From IMG/VR virus record IMGVR_UViG_3300019937_000002, positions 1 to 44,474 of that record: DNA of 44,474 nucleotides. One strand, written 5' to 3'. The DNA comes from a virus. Taxonomy: Duplodnaviria; Caudoviricetes. A program made the translations under genes and the position numbers. The notes beneath the pieces are model-generated. The model did not search any database. It was not told the origin of the DNA and worked only from the letters and a program-made list of their open reading frames with translations. Positions within the stretch are counted from its first letter, which is position 1. Each line of letters begins with the position of its first letter. Of the stretch, positions 17,906 to 26,202 are shown piece by piece.

Positions 17906-18041
17906 ATGGGTGATTGGTTTCAAACCTATTGCCCACACACCATTTTGGCACTGGTATCGTCTTATCAATCATTCTGATTATCGTCTAGATGATCGCATCC
18001 GAGCACAAGACTTTTGGTGGAGCATAAATGGAAAAGTTTAG
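17877..18041 (+). CDS. Small Trp-rich hypothetical protein (54 aa)
   Basis: Hand translation; GGAG SD upstream. Confidence 0.4.
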   Translation: MMDLPRFLNRWVIGFKPIAHTPFWHWYRLINHSDYRLDDRIRAQDFWWSINGKV

Positions 18042-18116
18042 AGAATGACTTAATAGAAGCAATGCGGCCAACACAGGAGGACAACTCATGACACAACTAA
18101 AACAAAAAGACAACTA

Positions 18117-19487
18117 ATGACTAATCTAATCTCCCGCACAGGGCGGGTACAATCATGGATTGATGATCCTACACATCGCCTACCAGTCAGCTGCACAGTG
18201 TTTGTAGTTGAAAATGAAATGGAAGGACCAAATGGTATTGAAGCAAGCTGGAGGTTTGCCTCACATGCTCTTAGGTATGGTGCAGGTTGTGCTATCCATC
18301 TTTCTAAACTTGATCCTAAAGGTTACACAAGAGAGTCAGGAGTTACTGCTTCTGGTCCTGTAAGTTTTGGTAAAATTTATTCATCATTAAATGAAATACT
18401 TAGACGTGGTGGGATCTACAAAAACGGTGCCATTGTTCTTCACCTTGACCTATCCCATCCTGATGCTAGGGAGTTTATCATTGCTAATAGATCCGAACTA
18501 CCTTGGGTTAAACGATGCATCAACATCACTGAAGAGTGGTGGCAGGATTGTACGTTCAAGGAAGAACTACTACATGGAATCAAATCAGGTGACATCTGGC
18601 TCAACAAAGTAAAATATGACAATGAAGGAAAGCGCATCAGAGGTAACGTCTGTCTCGAAGTATACCTGCCATCACGAGGTACCTGTCTATTACAGCATAT
18701 CAATCTTGGAGCCTGTGAGTTCGACGACATCCCACGAGCATTTGTTGAAGGTATGTTCGAGCTGTGCAACCTACATAGTAGGACAGCTGTCGGAGATTCT
18801 GGAGAATACCTCCCGCCTGAAGTTGATAGACAGGTGGGACTCGGAATGCTTGGCCTCGCAAATCTCCTACGGAGGTACGGAGTAACTTACGAACAATTTG
18901 GAAGAGCGTTAGATCAATATAACAATGGTGAAATCATCCGATCTGCATCTTATGAACTTGTCTCTCAAATTGCTTCAGGAATTGACCAAGCAGCCACAAT
19001 CGCTCGCGAGTATAATATGGTTCGAGCCTTTGCTATCGCTCCAACCGCCAGTTGCAGTTATCGAAGCGTGGATCTGGATGGCTATACTTGCACACCAGAA
19101 ATCGCTCCACCTATCTCGCAGACAGTTGATCGCGACTCAGGTACTTTCGGAGTACAAACTTACAACTATGGTGACGTAGAGATTGCAAGTAAAGTAGGCT
19201 GGGAAAATTATAAACGAGTGGCAGATGGTATCATGACGATGCTAGACGCTACAGGACTTCTTCATGGATATAGTTTCAACTCTTGGAGTGATTCTGTAAC
19301 CTACGATAATGCATTCGTCGAAGAGTGGCTACGGTCTCCGCAAACAAGCCTCTATTATTCACTACAAGTAATGAGTGATACACAAGATAAATCAGATGCA
19401 TATGCTGCACTAGATGCAGAAGATGTAGATAAATATCTAGAGGAACTTTTTAACAATGAAGAAATTACCTGTGATTGTCAAGAGTAA
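18117..19487 (+). CDS. nrdA: Ribonucleotide reductase large subunit, short cyanopodophage type
   Basis: PVSCTVF, GNVCLEV, CLLQHINL, AIAPTASCS, SLYY, C-terminal CDC. Confidence 0.88.
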   Translation: MTNLISRTGRVQSWIDDPTHRLPVSCTVFVVENEMEGPNGIEASWRFASHALRYGAGCAIHLSKLDPKGYTRESGVTASGPVSFGKIYSSLNEILRRGGIYKNGAIVLHLDLSHPDAREFIIANRSELPWVKRCINITEEWWQDCTFKEELLHGIKSGDIWLNKVKYDNEGKRIRGNVCLEVYLPSRGTCLLQHINLGACEFDDIPRAFVEGMFELCNLHSRTAVGDSGEYLPPEVDRQVGLGMLGLANLLRRYGVTYEQFGRALDQYNNGEIIRSASYELVSQIASGIDQAATIAREYNMVRAFAIAPTASCSYRSVDLDGYTCTPEIAPPISQTVDRDSGTFGVQTYNYGDVEIASKVGWENYKRVADGIMTMLDATGLLHGYSFNSWSDSVTYDNAFVEEWLRSPQTSLYYSLQVMSDTQDKSDAYAALDAEDVDKYLEELFNNEEITCDCQE

Positions 19488-20203
19488 TGAACCCTTACGA
19501 AAAACTACTAAACAGAAAAAGAAAATGGACACCAGTTCAGACAACTGCTGGTACATGCAAGGACGGTGCTCAGGAAACAATACACCGTGCACTTGCCTTA
19601 CGACATATGGAACTACCTGTGGGAGGTTTTATCCGTGATGGATTGGCTACCGACGTACCAAAACTATCGAGGGAGTTATTGGAATCAAATGTCACCGACG
19701 AGGAGAATCACGACCTGGCACTTGGTTACATTGCCAATGCTTACGGTGTTGACGAAAAAGCTGAATCGGAAGCTCTCAGGCTCAGGGAAGCTTGGACTAC
19801 GCATCCTGATCATACGATCCTTAAAGCGATGGTTGCCGAGCGTGCAATTTTCTTCGTTCTTCTACCATTCTTCCGCTTTAATGGTGACGCTGGAATGCGA
19901 ACAGTCAGTGCGGATATAAGCAGAGATGAACAAATTCACGTTGCTGCCAATAGCCTTGTTTGTCGGGAGTTGGGGCTTACTGTCAGCCCTAGTCTTGATA
20001 AACTCCGCAAGGCAACTATCAATTGGGTAATGCAGCCCCTAGGTATTAATACTACCGATAAATATTTGGATAAAAAATTTTGGCTGGATTCTAGTGATCG
20101 CTTAATGTATGAGGGCAAAGCCCCTGAACTTTCTGCAACTAAATCAGCTAGAATGCCAGCGTTCTTCGAGCATAGCAATGTCAATCTCCCCCAATATGCT
20201 TGA
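19487..20203 (+). CDS. nrdB: Ribonucleotide reductase small subunit (ferritin-like)
   Basis: DEENH, E, and ISRDEQIH metal-ligand motifs; coupled to the large subunit. Confidence 0.75.
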   Translation: MNPYEKLLNRKRKWTPVQTTAGTCKDGAQETIHRALALRHMELPVGGFIRDGLATDVPKLSRELLESNVTDEENHDLALGYIANAYGVDEKAESEALRLREAWTTHPDHTILKAMVAERAIFFVLLPFFRFNGDAGMRTVSADISRDEQIHVAANSLVCRELGLTVSPSLDKLRKATINWVMQPLGINTTDKYLDKKFWLDSSDRLMYEGKAPELSATKSARMPAFFEHSNVNLPQYA

Positions 20204-20360
20204 GACTATGGGTATGCAAGCCCGTGGTTTAATGCATCAATTAGAAGAAACCTTTCCACCAGTGAATCCTTCTCCAGAAGATTCTCATTCAAAAATTATG
20301 TATAGATCAGGACAACGTGATGTTGTTGAATGGATCATTAAATACATGGAAGAAAACTAA
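20178..20360 (+). CDS. Conserved podovirus protein upstream of the structural module
   Basis: LEETFP...IMYRSGQRDVVEWI. Confidence 0.65.
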   Translation: MSISPNMLETMGMQARGLMHQLEETFPPVNPSPEDSHSKIMYRSGQRDVVEWIIKYMEEN

Positions 20361-20374
20361 CCTACTTTTATACC

Positions 20375-20863
20375 ATGAGTATTAACACTTCATACGGACA
20401 AAGTGACCTATTCGGTCATGCGGATTACTATATGAACCGTGAAGCAGGATATAGCGATAGCGAAATCATGCAGTGGATTAATGCAAATCCCTCTAAACTC
20501 AGTGTCAATCGTACTGGACCTAATGAACTAGTACAGCAAATTGCTACTGGAGCCCGCATGGAAGAAGAACAGGAAAAATTAGCAGAGGCTAATAGACTAG
20601 AAATTGAAAGACAAGAACAGCTGCAGCTTGAAGCTGAAGCAAAGCAAGCTGAAAAACTAAAACAAATGGAAATCAGTGAGCGTGTTAAAGCAGCTAATGC
20701 AGCAAGAGCAGGTATGGAAAGCCAGTTTCAAATTAAGTCTGCTTCTAAATCACCAAGAACTTCAGGAACACAGGGATTTAAACGCAGGCAACTACAAATA
20801 AATCCAACTAGCTATAATGCTATTTCTGCTGGAGCACAATCACTTGGAGTACTTAACGTCTAA
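20375..20863 (+). CDS. Hypothetical protein, possibly virion-associated
   Basis: Position immediately before portal; coiled-coil centre. Confidence 0.55.
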   Translation: MSINTSYGQSDLFGHADYYMNREAGYSDSEIMQWINANPSKLSVNRTGPNELVQQIATGARMEEEQEKLAEANRLEIERQEQLQLEAEAKQAEKLKQMEISERVKAANAARAGMESQFQIKSASKSPRTSGTQGFKRRQLQINPTSYNAISAGAQSLGVLNV

Positions 20864-22443
20864 TGACTGCAAAAACACGTTATGATAGATTGTCTTCAGA
20901 CCGTTCCCAGTTCCTTAATACTGCTAGACAAGCAGCAGATCTAACTCTACCTTATCTTATCCGAGAGGATGAGACTTATACTAAAGGCTCATTAAAACTT
21001 ACAACACCGTGGCAATCAGTTGGAGCTAAAGGTGTGGTGACGCTTGCAAGTAAATTAATGCTTGCATTGCTACCTCCACAAACCAGCTTCTTCAAGCTAC
21101 AGGTTAATGATATTAAATTGCCTCAAGAATTAGGGCCAAAAATTAGATCAGAACTTGACTTGTCATTTGCTAAAGTTGAACGCACTATCATGGAATCTAT
21201 TGCAGCTTCCAGTGATCGTGTTGTCGTTCATCAAGCACTAAAGCATCTTGTAGTAGCTGGTAATGCTCTTATCTTTATGGATAAGGATATTTTAAAACTT
21301 TATCCTTTAAACCGATACGTAGTAGATAGAGATGGCAACGGTAATGTTATAGAAATTGTAACTAAAGAAACAATATCAAAAAAATTATTAAAAAAAGAGT
21401 ATCCAGATTACAAAGAACCACAACCAAATACACCTTCGGATAACTCATCACGTCATGATGATGAATGTGATATTTACACACATTGTGTTAGAGATAATAA
21501 CCGTTGGGTATGGCATCAAGAAGTAGATGATAAAATTTTACCTAAGTCTTATGGTAAAGCACCTATTGACGCCAACCCCTGGCTTGTATTACGTTTCAAC
21601 CACGTAGACGGTGAGGTTTATGGACGTGGTAGAGTTGAAGAGTTCATTGGTGATCTAAAGTCACTTGAAGCTCTGTCACAAGCAATGGTTGAAGGTAGTG
21701 CAGCAGCTGCTAAGGTAGTGTTTACCATTTCACCATCCAGTACAACCAAACCATCAACGCTTTCACAAGCAGGTAACGGTGCTATCATTCAGGGAAGACC
21801 TGATGATATTGGTGTAGTACAGGTTGGTAAAACGGCTGACTTCCAAACTGCTTATCAAATGATGGGTACTTTAAGTCAACGTTTAAGTGAGGCATTCCTT
21901 GTTCTTAATGTAAGACAATCAGAACGTACTACAGCTGAAGAAGTACGTATGACTCAGATGGAACTAGAACGCCAACTTGGTGGATTATTTAGTCTACTTA
22001 CTGTGGAGTTTCTTGTACCTTATCTAAACCGTAAACTAAACGTTGCACAAAAAACAGGTGAGATCCCACGTTTACCTAAAGGTGGTATCGTTAAGCCTAC
22101 TATTGTTGCTGGTATTAATGCACTTGGTCGCGGACAAGATCGTGAAAGTCTTGGTCAATTCCTACAGATCATTGCACAAACAATGGGACCAGAAGCTATT
22201 CAACAATTTATTAATCCAGAAGAAGTTGTTAAACGTTTGGCAGCAGCATCTGGTATTGATGTATTGAATCTTGTTAAGAGTATGCAAGAGATACAGCAAG
22301 AACAGCAGCAAGCTATGGCTCAACAACAACAAATGATGGCTCAACAACAAGAACCACAGATGGCTGCTGTTGAGCAGAAACGTGAGCAAGCTGCTGCACA
22401 AATGATGCAACAAGAACAACAACAACAACCACCAATTCAATGA
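20863..22443 (+). CDS. Portal (head-tail connector, gp8-like)
   Basis: PWQSVGAKGV, YGRGRVEE, ERTTAEEVR, Q-rich tail. Confidence 0.97.
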   Translation: MTAKTRYDRLSSDRSQFLNTARQAADLTLPYLIREDETYTKGSLKLTTPWQSVGAKGVVTLASKLMLALLPPQTSFFKLQVNDIKLPQELGPKIRSELDLSFAKVERTIMESIAASSDRVVVHQALKHLVVAGNALIFMDKDILKLYPLNRYVVDRDGNGNVIEIVTKETISKKLLKKEYPDYKEPQPNTPSDNSSRHDDECDIYTHCVRDNNRWVWHQEVDDKILPKSYGKAPIDANPWLVLRFNHVDGEVYGRGRVEEFIGDLKSLEALSQAMVEGSAAAAKVVFTISPSSTTKPSTLSQAGNGAIIQGRPDDIGVVQVGKTADFQTAYQMMGTLSQRLSEAFLVLNVRQSERTTAEEVRMTQMELERQLGGLFSLLTVEFLVPYLNRKLNVAQKTGEIPRLPKGGIVKPTIVAGINALGRGQDRESLGQFLQIIAQTMGPEAIQQFINPEEVVKRLAAASGIDVLNLVKSMQEIQQEQQQAMAQQQQMMAQQQEPQMAAVEQKREQAAAQMMQQEQQQQPPIQ

Positions 22444-23084
22444 GCGAAACACTAACACTTAATGATGCACCCGCTGATCAGCCAGAACTTAATGCTGATG
22501 AGCAAGAGTCTCTCGCTGTTGCCGAGGCTAACGAAGGGAAACAACAACAGCTACTAGCAGGTAAGTTTCAAGATACACAATCTCTTGAACAGGCTTACCT
22601 TGCATTACAAAAGAAACTAGGTGAACCGCGTGAAGAACCGGAAGTCGGTGAAGAACGAGAACAAGAAGAGCAAGTCCCCGATGAACAAGAAGACGTACAA
22701 GAAGAAGCTTCAGGTAAACTAACAGAAAAGCAAGCTAATCAATTGTTTGATATGGTTGGTGGCGAGTCTACTTATAAAGACATGCTAAACTGGGCTGGTG
22801 AATCTTTTTCTAAAGAAGCGATTGAGATGTATGATTCAGTGATGGCTGATGGTAATGCTAACGCTATCTTCTTTGCTGTACAAGCATTGAATAGTAAGTA
22901 TATTGATGCTGTTGGTAAAGATGGTCAGTTACTGACTGGACGTTCTGCAGCACCTGCTGCTGATAATGCATTCCGCAGTCAACAAGAACTTGTACAAGCA
23001 ATGAGTGATCCACGTTATGATCGTGATCCTGCTTTTAGGGATGATGTAATTCGTAAACTACAAAACTCTGACATTGATTTCTAA
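22440..23084 (+). CDS. Capsid scaffolding protein (gp9-like)
   Basis: LAGKF...LEQAY, VGGE..Y, AMSDPRYDRDPAFR. Confidence 0.9.
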   Translation: MSETLTLNDAPADQPELNADEQESLAVAEANEGKQQQLLAGKFQDTQSLEQAYLALQKKLGEPREEPEVGEEREQEEQVPDEQEDVQEEASGKLTEKQANQLFDMVGGESTYKDMLNWAGESFSKEAIEMYDSVMADGNANAIFFAVQALNSKYIDAVGKDGQLLTGRSAAPAADNAFRSQQELVQAMSDPRYDRDPAFRDDVIRKLQNSDIDF

Positions 23085-23279
23085 ATGACTGTTACCACCA
23101 ACGAACACGGACAACAAAACCTTTTTGCAAAAGAACCCACCATGTACACTGACGAAAATTACACTGTGACACATAACGAAAAAGCTGAGATGCTTAACGG
23201 TCGCCTAGCTATGCTAGGTGTGATGGCAGCGCTTGGAGCGTATGCACTAACTGGTCAGTTAATCCCTGGAGTTTGGTAA
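23085..23279 (+). CDS. hli: High-light-inducible protein
   Basis: AEMLNGRLAMLG...TGQLIPGVW. Confidence 0.95.
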   Translation: MTVTTNEHGQQNLFAKEPTMYTDENYTVTHNEKAEMLNGRLAMLGVMAALGAYALTGQLIPGVW

Positions 23280-23428
23280 TGGCTAAACAAGGTCTCTACG
23301 CTAACATCCACGCAAAGAAAATGCGTATCGCAAAAGGTTCAGGTGAGAAGATGCGTAAGCCAGGAAGCAAAGGTGCTCCTACTGCTGCCAACTTTAAACG
23401 AGCTGCTAAAACTGCTAAAAAATCATGA
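23279..23428 (+). CDS. Small basic protein (49 aa, GLYANIHAK...GAPT)
   Basis: Hand translation; coupled at both ends. Confidence 0.65.
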   Translation: MAKQGLYANIHAKKMRIAKGSGEKMRKPGSKGAPTAANFKRAAKTAKKS

Positions 23429-23877
23429 TTGAATGCCCACAATGTACTGCACCACAGCAGTACGTTCTAGAACAACTACAGACTTCTGCTGGTGTGACAG
23501 ACCGTACAGCACTAGCAGTCATTATGGGTAACATCCAACAAGAGTCTAATTTTAAATCAAACATATGTGAGGGTGGTGCTATCGTTCCTTATGATAGATG
23601 CCTTCGTGGTGGTTATGGTTTAATTCAATGGACATCTAAACATCGTTACATTGGTCTTGGCAACCATTGTGCTAAACGTAATGAAGATCCTAGTGGTCTT
23701 AAATGTCAAACTGATTACATGATACATGAGATGAGGTTTAGAAAAGATCTCTATGCTTTTCAAACTAATCATCAACAAGTCGGTTATTACATGAATGCTG
23801 CATACTACTGGTTAGGCTGGGGTATTCATGGTAACCGTACAAAATACACTTATTCTTTTTTAACTAAACTCAAATGA
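23425..23877 (+). CDS. Phage tail-lysozyme-family muramidase (candidate endolysin)
   Basis: IMGNIQQESNF...GYGLIQWT. Confidence 0.8.
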   Translation: MIECPQCTAPQQYVLEQLQTSAGVTDRTALAVIMGNIQQESNFKSNICEGGAIVPYDRCLRGGYGLIQWTSKHRYIGLGNHCAKRNEDPSGLKCQTDYMIHEMRFRKDLYAFQTNHQQVGYYMNAAYYWLGWGIHGNRTKYTYSFLTKLK

Positions 23878-24224
23878 AAATCCTTGCTATCCTCCCCGCA
23901 ACCCTGATTGCTGCTACTCCTGTAATGGCTGGTCCTTACGTAAACATTGAAAACAATGCTGGATTCACTGGATCTGATTTCAATGGACATGTTACAGATT
24001 TCCATCTTGGTTATGAATCAGGTAATGACGTAGGTTCATACTACGTACAAGCTGGTCCTTCTATCTTTGCACCTGATGGTGGAGAAGAAGAGACAAAGCT
24101 TACAGGTAAGATTGGCGGTTCAATTCAAGCAACAGAACGTCTTTCTGTTTATGGAGAAGTTGCAGCAACCTTTGATGACGTAAATGATTACGGCACTAAG
24201 TTTGGTGTTAAGTATAACTTCTAA
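23874..24224 (+). CDS. Small outer-membrane beta-barrel-like protein
   Basis: Signal peptide (...PVMA|GPY), alternating beta strands, C-terminal KFGVKYNF. Confidence 0.7.
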   Translation: MKILAILPATLIAATPVMAGPYVNIENNAGFTGSDFNGHVTDFHLGYESGNDVGSYYVQAGPSIFAPDGGEEETKLTGKIGGSIQATERLSVYGEVAATFDDVNDYGTKFGVKYNF

Positions 24225-24251
24225 AATTTAAACTTTTATTTATTTAACACA

Positions 24252-24452
24252 ATGTCATACGGACAAATTGTACAAGATATTGGTGGTCTTTCTATACCTC
24301 CTTATGATTATGTAGGTATTACTCCACCAGCAGCACCAACTAATGGAGATCAAGTTCTTGTTCATCGTATCGGTGGAGCAAGTGGTTCAGTAGTAGCAAC
24401 ATTAACTCTTACTTATGTCAGTGGTGAACTTTCTTCTGTAGCTAGGAGTTAG
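24252..24452 (+). CDS. Small probable virion protein preceding the DGR target
   Basis: IPPYDYV...GGASGSVVATLTLTY; 2 nt upstream of the target gene. Confidence 0.6.
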   Translation: MSYGQIVQDIGGLSIPPYDYVGITPPAAPTNGDQVLVHRIGGASGSVVATLTLTYVSGELSSVARS

Positions 24453-24454
24453 AT

Positions 24455-25909
24455 ATGGCTTATAAGTTTAATCCTTTTACAGGAAATCTAGACCAAGTAG
24501 GAGTAGTGGGCGAGGCGCTTTCCACTCCTGGAGCCGCAGGTCAAGTGCTTGTCTCCAATGGATCCAGTGCAGCCCCAACCTGGGAGCAAATTACCCCATC
24601 CGCAGTCTTTGGCTGGGACCACGACGATGATACTTATGGGCTTTATCTGCCAGGTACCAGCATCAAAGTCAGCGACCTTACGGGCGCGGTAGACATTGAC
24701 GTTCAATCGCGGATGCGTCGTTGTGTTATTAACAATACTGGGGTTGTTCAGTATTACCTAGACGCTGATAACAGCGACATGAAAGCAGGCGATTGGCTTC
24801 GCATTGTAGAAACTGAAGCACTTGACACTGCTTATACTGGCACAATTAGTGAAAGCACAAATAGTTCACTTCGTGTCGGTGTACCGGCATGGGCTGCTGG
24901 TACGTTCACCGTGGGGCAGCGTGTTACGAATGGCGGGTACTTGTGGGAATGCCTTGCAGCCACTTCAACGGCTACACCTGCCGCTGGTGCAGTAGCAAGT
25001 GACCTTACAGGTGCTGATGGTCAAGTGGTTGTTGAGGTGCCTGCATTCAGCGTGCGTTACGGCTTCTTAAATGGTGTTCACACCCGTGAAGTCAAATTGG
25101 GTTGTAACGATGGTCTTATTGCCCAAGGTTTCCGACCACATCCTGCATTTATCAAGACAGACGGTACTTACAAAAGTGCGTTCTATTTTGGGGCTTATCA
25201 CACCTATGACGATGCTGGCACTGGATCCAGCGTAAGCGGTCAAACAAATACCCGCAGCCAAACCCGCAACACCTTCCGCACCGAAGCCGCAGCCCGTGGC
25301 GCTGGATGGCATGTATTGTCTTACTTAGAGCTGGCTGCTATTCAAACACTGCTTATTTGCGAGTTTCAGGATTACAACTCACAAAAAGTGATTGGTAATG
25401 GCTCTGATGCTGGCACAACTTATGGAGTGACAACAGGTCAAAGTGATGGTGATGGTAATCACAGCGCCAACAGCACTGATAACGGTTCCAATGCTGATGA
25501 TTACATGTCATATCGCGGCATTGAAAATCTTTATGGTCGCGCGTGGCAATTCGTTGACGGCATAAACGTTTATGAGCGAGTGGTCTATTTGACTAATAAT
25601 CAAACAGCTTTTGCAGACAACACTGCTGATGGTTATGACTTTTACGCTCAAGTTCCAACTGGATCAGCGTCATACCAGAAAGAGCTCCATCCGTTAGCAG
25701 ATGTATTTTTACCGTCTGTTGTGACGGGAGCAAGCAGCACGACGTACCTGGGAGATGCTTTCTGGACCTCTTCCGGGTGGCGTGTGGCCCGTGTGGGGGG
25801 CAATTCCTTCATTGGTGCGCGGGGTGGGGCCTTCTCCTTGAATCTGGACGATGATTCGGGCGATTCCGGCACGGGCATCGGGTCTCGCCTGGCGTATGCT
25901 GAAAATTAA
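24455..25909 (+). CDS. DGR target protein: fibre/adhesin-like with C-terminal C-type-lectin-fold variable domain
   Basis: FNPFTG N-terminus, GQVLVSNG..APTW, CBM-like WAAGTF..GQRV..GG..W, YRGIENLYG..W..VDG, VGG...IGSRL. Confidence 0.88.
   Translation: MAYKFNPFTGNLDQVGVVGEALSTPGAAGQVLVSNGSSAAPTWEQITPSAVFGWDHDDDTYGLYLPGTSIKVSDLTGAVDIDVQSRMRRCVINNTGVVQYYLDADNSDMKAGDWLRIVETEALDTAYTGTISESTNSSLRVGVPAWAAGTFTVGQRVTNGGYLWECLAATSTATPAAGAVASDLTGADGQVVVEVPAFSVRYGFLNGVHTREVKLGCNDGLIAQGFRPHPAFIKTDGTYKSAFYFGAYHTYDDAGTGSSVSGQTNTRSQTRNTFRTEAAARGAGWHVLSYLELAAIQTLLICEFQDYNSQKVIGNGSDAGTTYGVTTGQSDGDGNHSANSTDNGSNADDYMSYRGIENLYGRAWQFVDGINVYERVVYLTNNQTAFADNTADGYDFYAQVPTGSASYQKELHPLADVFLPSVVTGASSTTYLGDAFWTSSGWRVARVGGNSFIGARGGAFSLNLDDDSGDSGTGIGSRLAYAEN
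25771..25889 (+). repeat. DGR variable region (VR)
   Basis: Ungapped alignment with 25967-26085; 17 substitutions. Confidence 0.96.
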
Positions 25910-25927
25910 GAAAAGCTATACTTATAC

Positions 25928-25949
25928 GGTGATGCCAAATTACATCACC
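25928..25949. other. Hairpin downstream of VR (candidate DGR target-recognition stem-loop)
   Basis: GGTGATG-ccaaatta-CATCACC, 7-bp stem. Confidence 0.5.
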
Positions 25950-25966
25950 TTGGCTTGGCTCTGTTT

Positions 25967-26085
25967 TTCCGGGTGGCGTGTAGCCCGTGTGGGAGGCAAT
26001 TCCAACAATGGTACGCAGGATGGAGCCTTCTACTTGAATCTGAACAATGATTCGGGCAATTCCAACACGAACATCGGGTCTCGCC
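25967..26085 (+). repeat. DGR template region (TR)
   Basis: 28 adenines and nine AAY codons in the VR frame; every VR difference is at a TR adenine. Confidence 0.96.
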
Positions 26086-26202
26086 GTTGCCCCCAGGTTT
26101 TAGTAAACCATACAGAGCAGGCCACACCTCTTGGTGAAACAACTGCACCGCATAAAGCATTAGTAGGTACGCCGAATATGCTGCGACGCTGGGGGCTTAA
26201 AA

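Noticed and set aside
22290-22440. CAA/CAG repeats at the portal 3' end
   Set aside because: Ordinary Q-rich low-complexity portal tail.
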